Of a stretch of 44,245 bases of DNA, positions 24,024-36,194 are shown piece after piece. This stretch comes from Atractiella rhizophila. Taxonomy: Eukaryota. Position 1 is the stretch's first letter. Each line of letters opens with the position of its first letter. The stretch is taken from contig MU271564.1 in NCBI GenBank assembly GCA_021432655.1, positions 1 to 44,245 of the forward strand, written 5' to 3'. Under the pieces are notes generated by a model. That model ran no database searches. It saw only the letters and a program-made list of their open reading frames with translations, and had not been told where the DNA came from. The position numbers and the translations under genes were made by a program.

Positions 24024-24528
24024 ATGGCTGCCTCAGAAGCTGGAGGCTCCGATTGGCACACCATGTGAGTCCTTCCCGAGCCCTTCTTCCTTTCGCCCTC
24101 TCTAACCACGCGACCATGCTTTCTCACAACGCAGCAACCTTTCAATACCATTCGCTACCGCCCCCGCTTGCTCCACAGCCCTCCGTGTCCTTTCCATCGA
24201 TCGTCCATTGCGCTCAGAAACGCTCAAACGGGTACTTTCCATCTCTCCCTCATCACCAAATACCTTGAACGTGTATATCCCTTCTTCTTCTTCTTCGCAC
24301 ACGCCAAAGCGATGACATTTGTTCTTCAGCGAATTCCAATCTCTAACGCTCCGCCAGGCTCGTGTCGCCATTGACCACTTTCTCGCTGATCTCAAATTGG
24401 TGGCGGAGACGATGACGGAGTTTGGGCCTGAGGAGTTTGGGGGGACGAAGAATGGAGAGAAGGAGGAAGCGGATAAGAGCGTGGAGGTGGGGTTGAAGGG
24501 CAGCTTTGATGGGACTAATATCCGTTAG
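24024..24528 (+). CDS. PCC1: EKC/KEOPS complex subunit Pcc1/LAGE3 family, copy 1 (3 exons)
   Basis: Spliced DWHT..LSIPFAT..ALRVLSIDRPLR..KRVL..LNV..LTLRQARVAIDHFLADLKLVAETMTEFG. Confidence 0.8.
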
Positions 24529-24748
24529 ACAGAGTTGGTCAGATTGACACCTTACATGTATCATTCGGAAACGAAATTTGAGAGAATGAATGTGATATAA
24601 CTTGTATCAAATTTTCTACCTTTCATCCAGTGTATCAGATGCTTGAGTTATCTAACCATCCTTACAACGTCAGGAAAGACAAGTACACAATCCAAAGAGA
24701 TCCAGCATGTACATAACCCTCACACAGTCTGGCGGGGATTAGCAAGCT

Positions 24749-25264
24749 TCATTCCTCAGTCTTCCAACCATCACCCCATTTCCATCCATTGGCAGCCGTA
24801 AGCACTTCCACTCCATCCTCGGTGATCAAGAGCGTTTCCTCCCACTGCGCAGAATGCTTACCATCCCTCGTGACAGAGGTCCAGTTGTCTGGCCAATGCC
24901 TATCTCGGTAGTCCCCGAGAGTGATCATAGGTTCAATAGTGAAGGTGTGCCCTGGTTTCATCACGTATGGAGCCTTATTGGCAGCGTAATGGGGAACATC
25001 GGGGATAGCATGATAGAGCGTATTCACGCCGTGTCCAATGTACCTTTCGTTCCCGGATCAGCTTGATCAGTACCGACTCTTTTTACGTTGAAAGGAGGCT
25101 CAAAACGTACTTTCTGACGGTCCCCATGCCATGCCTGTCCGCTGTCTTCTCGATCACTTTTCCCACCTCTCTATAAGGAACTCCGGGCTTGCAGATGGCA
25201 ATGGCCTGGTCTAGACATTCGCGAGATGCCTTAATGAGACGGAGAGATTCAGGAGGTGTGTGAG
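24749..25264 (-). CDS. MAP1: MAP1 paralog B, 3' fragment running into the gap
   Basis: Nearly identical to 29530-30045. Confidence 0.85.
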
Positions 25265-25979
25265 NNNNNNNNNNNNNNNNNNNNNNNNNNNNNNNNNNNN
25301 NNNNNNNNNNNNNNNNNNNNNNNNNNNNNNNNNNNNNNNNNNNNNNNNNNNNNNNNNNNNNNNNNNNNNNNNNNNNNNNNNNNNNNNNNNNNNNNNNNNN
25401 NNNNNNNNNNNNNNNNNNNNNNNNNNNNNNNNNNNNNNNNNNNNNNNNNNNNNNNNNNNNNNNNNNNNNNNNNNNNNNNNNNNNNNNNNNNNNNNNNNNN
25501 NNNNNNNNNNNNNNNNNNNNNNNNNNNNNNNNNNNNNNNNNNNNNNNNNNNNNNNNNNNNNNNNNNNNNNNNNNNNNNNNNNNNNNNNNNNNNNNNNNNN
25601 NNNNNNNNNNNNNNNNNNNNNNNNNNNNNNNNNNNNNNNNNNNNNNNNNNNNNNNNNNNNNNNNNNNNNNNNNNNNNNNNNNNNNNNNNNNNNNNNNNNN
25701 NNNNNNNNNNNNNNNNNNNNNNNNNNNNNNNNNNNNNNNNNNNNNNNNNNNNNNNNNNNNNNNNNNNNNNNNNNNNNNNNNNNNNNNNNNNNNNNNNNNN
25801 NNNNNNNNNNNNNNNNNNNNNNNNNNNNNNNNNNNNNNNNNNNNNNNNNNNNNNNNNNNNNNNNNNNNNNNNNNNNNNNNNNNNNNNNNNNNNNNNNNNN
25901 NNNNNNNNNNNNNNNNNNNNNNNNNNNNNNNNNNNNNNNNNNNNNNNNNNNNNNNNNNNNNNNNNNNNNNNNNNNNNNN
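25265..25979. other. Assembly gap (715 N)
   Basis: Run of N. Confidence 1.
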
Positions 25980-26338
25980 CGCACACAGGGCTTCGGGTCG
26001 CTGCTCGCTTTTGCCTCGCATCAGATAAACCATGTGGAAGGGCATCCCGATCAGGCAGAAACGACGGGAGAAGAAGATTGCAACGATGACCGACACCCGT
26101 AACTAGCCAGGTAGAAAAGAAACCTAGCGCTGGAATTTTGCCAGAACCGAGCCAGCAGAACGTGACACGACGATCTATGGAGCGAGGATAGCTCCCAGAG
26201 TGATGCTCCTCAGATTGTCGAGGCTGAACGAAAGAGAGGGACGAGGAACTGAGTGCAGGAAGATATTGTCCAGGGTTGTTCACAAATACGAATTACGGAA
26301 TGCTACTGATGTCAGGTCTAAGAAGCAGCGCACGCGTC

Positions 26339-27779
26339 TCAAAGTGCGGAATAACCAGAACGACCAGTCCGTCCCCCGGTGACAATATCGCTGTGGAAAA
26401 TGTTAGCATAAAATAACGCAGACAGCATCACTTACCGTAAGAGGTAGGGAAGATCACGCCTAAAGACAACATCAATTTCAGTTCAATTGCAAGAACGACA
26501 GGTAATCACCAAAAGTCTCGATGAGGTATCAAATCCCAACCTCGAGCTCCAAAGTTCTTGTGGTTGTTATAAATTCCGATAGCAAAATAGGCAGCAAGAC
26601 CGCAAAATATCCTGGTCCAAAACGCCATCTCAGGTCTTTAGCTGATATGAAGCAATCCTAGACGCACAACAAGAAAAATGTGCCTACTCCCCATCCACCA
26701 CCGCCACCACCTTTACTCCCTTCATCGTCTTCTGACTTGTCTCCTCCGCGCCGCAACAGGTCAAGGTCGCATCCGGCTCTGGACACCCACTCGAGCTCGA
26801 GCTTTCCTTCCTCCTTCTCCCCTAATTCCAGATCTGAATACCGCATGCTCTTGATCGTCGGTTCAGTCTGCTCAATCGTAGGTGAGCGAAGTGCCATGAA
26901 GGGAAAGCTAAATCACCTTTTCTGCATCCTCCGAGCAGGTGAATAATATTGACGTAGAAAGAGCGCGGCCATTGTAAGAGCCTCCCGTGAGGTTAACAAG
27001 GAAATTTGCTAGATACAAGTTATTAGTAACGGTCGTCCTAATACTCAATTCTGAACCACGCATGAATCTGACAAATGCTGACGACGTATTCTGCAAGTGA
27101 TAATTCGAAAAATGCTCATAGATATTTATGCGTGGGACTGTGTAAGAAGGAGGTTGAGTCCTTTTGAAATTAATACGGGACAACTCCAGTTCTCTGCAAA
27201 ATGGTAAAGCAAAGGGAAGCCACAGCGACAACTGTCTCAGCAGCTCAGCTTCACGCCACAAATAGTAAAGTATCCCCTTGCAGGCTTATAGAATCATTCA
27301 AAAGTCCAGAGAAAGGAAAGGACATGTGTTCCCTCAGCTCTGTAGAAGCGAGACGTACCGTTGCTCTTCCCTTTAGCTTTCTCAACGCTTCCCTCTCCTT
27401 CCGACCAGTCAATCACCCTCGTAATCCTTTCCCTCTCCACTTCCTTCTCCTGATCCCCATCTGGCACTTTCTCCTTCTTAAAGTTCCTTTCCTTCGAACA
27501 CACCCTGCTCCCTTCCTTACACCTATCACCTTCCTCTGCATCTTTCTCCCCGTCCAGCTTCAAAGCGTCGCATAAAGAAATGTAAATAGACGTCTGCGTG
27601 CGCGTTGGCGGTGTCGTTTGGTCGAGTATGAGCGTAGTGAGTGGTGGAAGAATGGACAAGTCGTATGACTTGGAGTTGAGCGAGAATGTACATGAAAACG
27701 GCTCACCATTGGCTGTGGCTGCCAAAAGAAGGACAAGGGAGAACGGCAGAAGCGATATTCGAGGAAGCATTGTAGACAT
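26339..27779 (-). CDS. ATG27: Autophagy protein Atg27, complete second copy
   Basis: Same structure as 21699-23128 with a few substitutions. Confidence 0.88.
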
Positions 27780-28799
27780 AATTTGCCTGTTGGAAAGAAC
27801 AGCTCAAACCTTAAGACATTACTGATCGAAGCAAATTGAGGCAACCGTGCTTAACAGCCGTGAAGTTGAAGTTGAAGAACAAATATTTGATTGAGCTTGG
27901 GTCCTTGGTGTTAAGCGAATTACGACAGGAGAAGTCAGGAGAAAGGCTTATAGCTAGCACGCTGTTTGGTCTCAAGCGTCACGATAACCACTGGCATCTA
28001 GTAAGCTTTCTCAATCAATCGGTGATTGAAGCCATCTATTCCTTCACAGTGTGTGTTTTACTCTCGTTTAGAGTTGTGTTCTGTGTCCTCGAGTAACGAG
28101 ACAATAATAATCTCAATGAGTAACGCTTCCCGTGACCACAAACTGCCACAGCTGTATATTGTGTGTTTCTTCTGCATAACCTCGCTAGCCGTTCTACGAG
28201 TTATTCTTCCTTGATATATATGACCTGCTAGGTTTTAAAAAGCATTTTGCGCTCAAATTCTGGGCATCGCAGTCCGAAGAAGGCGGCACTATGAATACCT
28301 CGTCTGCTCGCATTTAGGGTTGGGCTCTTCATTCGTGGCGGCTTGAATGGATACGTGCCCAATAAAATGTTATGGGATACATGGCAGCAGAATTGCGAAC
28401 TGTGACAAGCTGACAAGCTTTCTCCCCACAACTAAGAGCTGGGTGGCTGTCTTTCTGTCCAGCATCTCTGGCTATGATAAAGAGATCAGCTCGCTCTCAA
28501 CTACGGCTTTTTACCCACAGAATCAATTATCGCTGCTCCTTTTGTTGTGGGGGAAAGTAAGAACTTGCGTCTTTCCCTATTGTCCTATTCACACGATTTT
28601 GCCGACGAACTGTCGTCAAGTGGGACTGTTTTCCAATGTCATCACACACCTCTGTCTACTCTGCCATCGCGTTCACCTGCATCGACACTTACTGATCACC
28701 AAATCAGAGCGAGTACGCTTTATCGAATTTCAACTCGAGTATCTCTCGACCTTTCATCTCATTGTTCCTTCACTTGATTCACAACATACTTCAACATCA

Positions 28800-29309
28800 A
28801 TGGCCGCCTCAGTCTCAGAAGCTGGAGGCTCCGATTGGCACACAATGTGAGTCTTTCCCGAGCCCTTCTTGGTTTTCCCTCTCTAATCATGCGACTATGC
28901 CTTCTCGCAAACGCAGCAACCTTTCAATACCATTCGCTACCGCCCCCGCCTGCTCCACAGCCCTCCGTGTCCTTTCCATCGATCGTCCCTTGCGCTCAGA
29001 AACGCTCAAACGGGTACTTTCTATCTCTCCCTCATCACCGAATACCTTGAACGTGTATATCCCTTCTTCTTCTTCTTCGCAACGCCTAAGTGATGACATT
29101 TGTTCCTCAGTGAATTCCAGTCCCTCACACTCAGACAGGCCCGGGTCGCCATTGACCACTTTCTCGCCGATCTCAAATTGGTGGCGGAGACGATGACGGA
29201 GTTTGGACCTGAGGAGTTTGGGGGGACAAAGAATGGAGAGAAGGAGGAAGCGGATAAGAGCGTGGAGGTGGGGTTGAAGGGCAGCTTTGATGGGACTAAT
29301 ATCCGTTAG
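28800..29309 (+). CDS. PCC1: EKC/KEOPS subunit Pcc1, copy 2
   Basis: As 24024-24528, with a 2-codon N-terminal insertion (MAASVSEAGG). Confidence 0.8.
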
Positions 29310-29529
29310 ACAGAGTTGGTCAGATTGACACCTTACATGTATCATTCGGAAACGAAATTTGAGAGAATGAATGTGATATAACTTGTATCAAATTTTCTAC
29401 CTTTCATCCAGTGTATCAGATGCTTGAGTTATCTAACCATCCGTACAACGTCAGGAAAGACAAGTACACAATCCAAAGAGATCCAGCATGTACATAACCC
29501 TCACACAGTCTGGCGGGGATTAGCAAGCT

Positions 29530-31137
29530 TCATTCCTCAGTCTTCCAACCATCACCCCATTTCCATCCATTGGCAGCCGTAAGCACTTCCACTCCATCCT
29601 CCGTGATCAAGAGCGTTTCCTCCCACTGCGCAGAATGCTTACCATCCCTCGTGACAGAGGTCCAGTTGTCTGGCCAATGCCTATCTCGGTAGTCCCCGAG
29701 AGTGATCATAGGTTCAATAGTGAAGGTGTGCCCTGGTTTCATCACGTATGGAGCCTTATTGGCAGCGTAATGGGGAACATCGGGGATAGCATGATAGAGT
29801 GTATTCACGCCGTGTCCAATGTACCTTTCGTTCCCGGATCAGCTTGATCAGTACCGACTCTTTTTACGTTGAAAGGAGGCTCAAAACGTACTTTCTGACG
29901 GTCCCCATGCCATGCCTGTCCGCTGTCTTCTCGATCACTTTTCCCACCTCTTTGTAAGGAACTCCGGGCTTGCAGATGGCAATGGCCTGGTCTAGACATT
30001 CGCGAGATGCCTTAATGAGACGGAGAGATTCCGGAGGTGTGTGAGTTGGATCGACGGCATATGTCGCGTTCAGATCAGCGTGGTACCTGTTTCGTAGAGT
30101 GGAGGATTAGAGTGGTTGTCCGTCTGCAAGCTCAGACCGGAGGATTGGGAAGACAGACCCGTTGTAGAAAAGAGAGACGTCGAGATTGATGATGTCTTCC
30201 TTCTCAAGAGGTCGACAATCAGGAATCCCTACAGAACTAGGTCATCGGCATTCTTCACACAATGACTGCGAGAACGCATACCGTGGCATATGACCTCGTT
30301 TACGCTGGTGCACACCGAACGAGGGAAGAATCCATAGTTCAAAGGTGAGGGATAAGCATTGCGCTTGATGGCTTCTTCATGTACAATCTCATCGATCTCT
30401 AGTGTCGTGATTCCAGGCCTGATAGCGGCAGCGGCTATATCAAGCACTTCCCTTGTCAACTAGCCAAGCGTTAATATTTCAAGGACAGAGAGGATCAGAT
30501 CGACAAGCGCACACGTCCGACAGTCTTCATCGCCTCTATGCCTGCCTCATCGAGAGCGACCGGAGGCTTCATTCGCGCCGCATACTCCAATTTCGATTCT
30601 CCCGTCGCAGCGTAATCCGGACGGGGGATGTGAGCAGGAACGTGACGCAGCGGGATGTCGGCTGGGATGTTGCGCATGTTGGAGGGAAAGGAAGCGCGCA
30701 ATGAGCCAGTGTAGGTTTTCTTTGTGTAGGGATCGTGCACTGTCCTTTAGGTTGACCATGCAATGGGCGATAACGGAGAAATTCACTAACGCTTGTGTTG
30801 GGATTTGTGTTTTGGCTTGAACGGGGGGAGTTGGCTTGCGTTCAGTGCAGGAGAAGAGACGTACGACTGTTCAGCATATGAGCATTCTGCGTACGGGTTA
30901 AAAGGGGTTACTTACAATTATCGACAAAGCATTCTATAGGTCATGAGAATATACTTTAGCTTCAATGTGCTAGATTTTGGTGAATGACCACAGACCTTTG
31001 GAGCACCAGCGGCTGGTGTTGCCCTGCTTCAGGCATACACTGCATCGTGTGCCTTCCTCTTGGTCAGGAACGAGACCTTTGCATTTTGGCGTGTTGAATC
31101 CTGGACAAGCCACAGGCACTGCAGCTTCGGCAGACAT
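29530..31137 (-). CDS. MAP1: Methionine aminopeptidase 1, paralog B (complete)
   Basis: [89 protein letters not shown]. Confidence 0.92.
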
Positions 31138-31555
31138 TTAGAAGGATGGAGAAACAGATTGGTAACTTTGGCTATTCCAACATTCCAAATCAGCGACATC
31201 AGTATGAGACTACAGTACCAATCACCGCCTGACCTTTGGCTTGACTGTGATCCGTCCAAAGATTTCAAGTCGCTCCGCTCCGACTGAATCTTGCCGCTTC
31301 ATTTACACGGAATCCGGGCTCCAACACACATCTGTACCCTGTCCTGCTGAAAGAAGGCTTCAAAATGATGAGACGCAGCTTGGAAGTTATGCTGGGATAT
31401 GAATAGCTAAAACACAGAACCAACGAGGTACATAAAGTAAAAGGCATGCGATATACACGGCAAACTCATCCATCCGAATCCATCGAGAACACGCAAGTTA
31501 GAAATAAGCCCAATCCTTCACACTGTCCGTTGCTCTCCAACCTATCTATCTTCTC

Positions 31556-32525
31556 TTAATTTCCGTCCCAGGTATCAGTGCTATCCCTCCTATCAGCCGC
31601 CGACGGCACTTTGTTCTGACTGAGGGGCAGCTGATCCTCAGCGCCAGCGTCTGAGGCTAGAGGAATATGCCGACTTGTCTGCGAGTTTATAGAGTTGTTG
31701 CCCTCGGGAAGTGGACCAGTATTGTAACCTGCAATGGATGTGACTGTTAGCTCAGCACACACTTTATTTGCATCTGGAGGTCATAGGGCAAAGTACCAAA
31801 CAATCGCAACCTTAGTTAGTACTAAAGCAGGAGTTTGGCGCGGCGCAATAGGCTGCAGCTGAGATTTGTTCTGAATAAGTGACTGCAGTGTGGAAATACG
31901 TTGGGCAAGGGTTGGGTTGATTAAACACCTCTTGACTGCTGCCTAGTAGTGGCAGACCGCAGCAAAGCCGAGTTGGCAAAGACCGAATCACAGCCCGACT
32001 CCTCTTCTGAACCTCAGACGAGAGCTCTCACCTGTTCCGCTACCTGCATCTAAACCGAACCACCCCCTCATGAAGCTCCTCGTCCCATTTGGACCTGCCG
32101 TCCCACCAGGAATATCGACACCCCAATCAGCGCGATTGTGCCTAGACAAATTGCATCAAGCCAGCGTCCGTACGGCTGCACGAGTAAGGCACGCACTGTC
32201 TGATGGTCCCAAATTCCTGAGTGCCGCCGCCGTCCTCCATCTCTTTGTCCGTTTCTTGCTTGTTGTTGAGGGAGTTGTTAAAGTTGGCCATCCGCGCGTT
32301 AAACGAGGCGGAGGGAGAACTGCCTCCGCGTGGCCGTGCGCGAAGGGATCCGGATGTGGGAGGACGGTAAAATTTGAAGTACCAGAAAAGGAGGGCGAAG
32401 ACGATGAGGAAGAAACCGAGAACGCTGCATAATACCTTGGTCCCGTGATGTAGTCAGGGCAGAAACCGTGCCATGTTTCTGGGGAAACTTACAATAATTA
32501 TCGTAGTCGTTTCCGAGTCTGCCAT
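31556..32525 (-). CDS. Hypothetical single-pass membrane protein with an N-terminal signal anchor (4 exons; last intron 31729-32031)
   Basis: Spliced MADSETTTIII|VLCSVLGFFLIVFALLFWYFKFYRPP.. followed by a disordered tail. All GT-AG junctions stay in phase. Confidence 0.65.
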
Positions 32526-32681
32526 GATGCGTTAGGCCGTAACTGAGTATATAGAAAGATATCAGAGATCGTGTCTGTAGAGCGTATCGCTGTTGGTGGT
32601 TTTTGGAGTAGAAGTTCAGTCACCAGAACAACAACAACAAACAAACGGGCACGTGTGGGACCTTAACCCAGTTCAGCAGCC

Positions 32682-33197
32682 ATGTCTTCATCTGCTTCAC
32701 CAGAGCCAGAGGCAAAGCCGGAAAGCGTCAAGAAGCGAGGGAAGAAAGGGAAGAAGTTTGTGCAAGACAAGGTGAATATTCTGGCCTTATTTGATTTGCC
32801 AGCGTCTCACCAAGATTTTATGAAGGAATCACTCCTCGCCCTTGCCAGTTCCATCGTTGAGTCCAAAGAGGACAAGATAAAAGAAAAAGTGGACAAAGCG
32901 GTCTGTGGCGCATTCGGGCTCCTATCTTTGCTCACGCAGTACCAGGCACCAAGGAGAGAGCGCGAATTGGAGGCAAGTACAAAATCGGAACTGCCGAAGA
33001 AAACTCGTGCTCGTGAACGACTGGTTCGCTCATCTTTCTCTTTAATCAGCAGGAGAGAAATGATGCATGTGAAGTAGGAAAAGGCAAAGTCGAAGATAGT
33101 GGAGCGGAAGAAGCAGAAGGAATCCGGGAAGAAGACGCGGACGGTCCATCCTGCTCATCCAGAAGGTCGCAAGAAGAAGGCTGTCGCATTCGCCTAA
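32682..33197 (+). CDS. LOC1: Loc1-like 60S assembly/mRNA localisation protein (introns 32772-32825, 32901-32945, 33024-33077)
   Basis: Small Lys-rich protein with KKFVQDK|ESLLALASSI..E.KI..K and a C-terminal KKKAVAFA*. Confidence 0.65.
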
Positions 33198-33500
33198 ACC
33201 GGGTAACAGGGGGCGTCTGAGCCTCGCGGGGTTGAATAGACTTGTAAATCTACAACCAACCTGGAATAGCCTGGTCGATCCTTTCGACAGTGTTTGCAAC
33301 AGCAATACTGTCGCATTGAAGGGGACGGGAAAGCATTGTAAAAAGCGTGTTGTTAGATATGGTCGTAGAGGTTAAAGAATGAGACAGTGGATTGGAGGGA
33401 AATGATCTATCATTCTCATGGCACAGAATACAACATGCAAAACAAATCGCGGAAGTTTCAAAATCGTAAACAATCGTGAAGGCGTCAAACTGTCAACCAT

Positions 33501-35995
33501 CTACCTCCTGTTCGTCTTGCCCATTTTTCCTACACCAACTATAAGCTTCTTGCTAGGTAAATAAGTTGATACTTACGTTTACCAGTGTAGAGATGCTTGG
33601 GCATCTTTGTAGCCACATGTCTGTCAGCCTCTCCAGCTTTCGCAAGACGGTTCGGCTTCCTTTGACTGACGAACTTGAGACGATTACTCCTTGCGATTTG
33701 CTGTACAGACGCGGCCCAGTCAGCAATCATCCACGAACTAGCATTTGAGAGACATACAGCGTCAGTACTCATTCCGGCCACAGCCCTATTCTTGCCAGGC
33801 ACCCTCTTGCCTTTATGCACCACAGTTCCCTTATTCCCTTTCTGGCGCTTAGCGCTCCTCTTACTCTCTCCATCCACGTCCATTCCCTTCTCGCTCTCCT
33901 CGTCGGTGCTTCCCCATCCATCATCGCCATCTCCCTCTTGATCAACGTCCATCCCATCTTCCCCGTCCTCATCATTTCGCTTTCGCTTCTTCCCCTCACC
34001 ATCCACCAATCCTTTGGCCTTCGCAATCAGCTTCGCCCTCTCCTCGAGGTTCGAAGGATCGTAACCCGCCTCCCGAAGCTTGGATGTCATCTCATCTAAT
34101 GTCCGCGTCTGCTTGGTTCGCGGGATGATAGCACGATTTTGTTTCTTATCTTTCGATTGATTCAGGAGACGAATCTGCGCCTTCTTGTCCCGAATGAGAG
34201 CGGCGGTAGATCGGATGGCTTCTGTATCGGAGTCGTCCTGCAGTTCGCATGAATACCAGAATCAGACCTAGGCAAGAAAAGCTCACCATATCTTTTTCAT
34301 CGTCGTCATAGTAACCGTCCTGCTCCAACTTTTCCTCTTCCAATTCCAGTTCTTCGAGCTTCCTCAAGATATCGACGTCAATGAAATCTGCAATATTCTT
34401 CCCATCCTTGACTTCGGGAATATTGTCGTATTTCCAATCCTCATTACCGAGCATGTAATACTCTGTAGGCAAATTGTCATCAGTCCTCCGCCAAGCACAG
34501 AAACGAAAGACAGACTCTTCATATCCACAGAATAAGCGCCGGCACCAGCACCCTCATTCTCTAAGTCCTTCTCCAACTTGATACGATCTGGGTCATCTTT
34601 ATCGTACTTCTTCCGCGTTTGCACCTCGTCCGGAATATGCGGCAGTCTCGCCACTTCATCCCTGGCTGTCGGGACGGCGACTCTGAGACGACCAAGGAGC
34701 GCCTCAGCACGTTTGCTCTTCTCCTTGCTTTCAACTCGTTGCGTTAAGAGTGCCTCACAGGCGGCGTTTCGAACGTCCATTACTCCTTCAGTTGAATGGC
34801 AAGAGAGTTGGAGGATTTGGACGGGGAACTCGGGATCGGTAGTGAGAGAATTGAGGAGGTCTTGCGTCTCTTGTGGGAGGTCAGAAGGACGACAGACGTC
34901 GATTTTGTTGATCACGATAAAAGTTGGTTTGCCAGAGAAAAGGGGACGGATGGATTGAAAAAGTTTGACCTATGGTTCATTGTCAGTCAGGGTTCCTGTG
35001 ACAAAAAGGAGAGAGACAGACTTGATCTGCAACGCTGTAACCGCATTGTTCCGAAAGGTCCATGAAATACATGATACAAGCTCGCAGGTGAGCGAGAGCA
35101 GTGATCGACTGCATTTCAATAGTATTCATTTCTTCCAAAGGTCTATCTAGGATACCAGGAGTGTCCTAAAACCAGTCATGAGCTTCCTTATTTGCTTTTT
35201 GTAGCGCCGAATACATACCACGACTTGCCATCGCAAGTACTTATAATCCAAATGTCCGACGAACAAGCTCTTCGTCGTGAAGGCGTACGGTTGAACATCG
35301 ACATCCGCACGAGTGACCTTGTTGAGAAAGCTCGACTTTCCCACGTTCGGGTATCCACAGATGATGAGTGTACGAGTGGCAGGATCGATCGCAGGAAGAC
35401 GGGACATATGCTGTCGGACTTGCTCAAGGTAAGCGAGACTATCTTTCTGTCTCCTCATAATTGTTGCCATGCTGATTTCGCGGCAACACTCAATCATTAC
35501 CCTCAAATTATTATGAAAAGAACGCACCGACCCAACCCTGCTCTCTTCAACTGCTTGCATCGGTACAAGCTGTCTCCAAACTTCAGGAGTCTCAAGTAGT
35601 CCTTCCCGACCTGCTCGATCAAATTCTTCGCCGTATTTAGTTGCGACAGGGCCAATTTGTAATGCGATTTATCGTATAAAACGTTGAGGAGAGAGGAGAG
35701 GAAGGGATGGAGAGCATCAAGGACTGGAAACTCGCTCAGGATCTGTTGAAGTCGTTCCGTGAACGTTTCAGCTGTAAACTTCACTTTTCGCATGTAGAAG
35801 GATCGAATACTATTCAGTCATTCGTGCATCAGGGCACATGTATGAAACTTTGGAATGTTGGACAAACCGTGAGATCTTCCATCCTTTCCGAACTACTGTG
35901 GGAGTGCGCCGCTGAGTGCCGGACAGGACAATGTCTAGGAAATCACTAGCGGTAGGCACTGGCGCAATGCTCTTCAGGGCTCCCCGACTTGCCAT
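33501..35995 (-). CDS. NOG1: Nucleolar GTP-binding protein 1
   Basis: [83 protein letters not shown] C-terminus. Confidence 0.96.
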
Positions 35996-36194
35996 CGTTC
36001 TGGTTTCTCGATTGGTCGAAATGTGGCTGAAATTTTTGTGACTGTGTGTTCTTGTTCGGCGGCCGGAGTTCGAGTTCAAGATCAGGAAAGATGTTCGAGA
36101 TCAGGGGAGTCAAAGCGAAGCAGCAGAGGTAGCCTTGGCGAATAGCATTTAAGTATTATTACAACAGAATATAAGCTGCAAGGTCTTTACACAA

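Larger units (their letters stand above)
19674..25264. repeat. Duplicated ATG27-PCC1-MAP1b block: 19674-21281 and 21282-25264 both match 25980-30045
   Basis: 19733-21281 looks essentially identical to 25980-27527, while 21282 onward is a slightly diverged version. Chimeric junction at 21281/21282. Confidence 0.9.

Noticed and set aside
25083..26283. Long ORFs crossing the N gap
   Set aside because: Artefacts of translating N.
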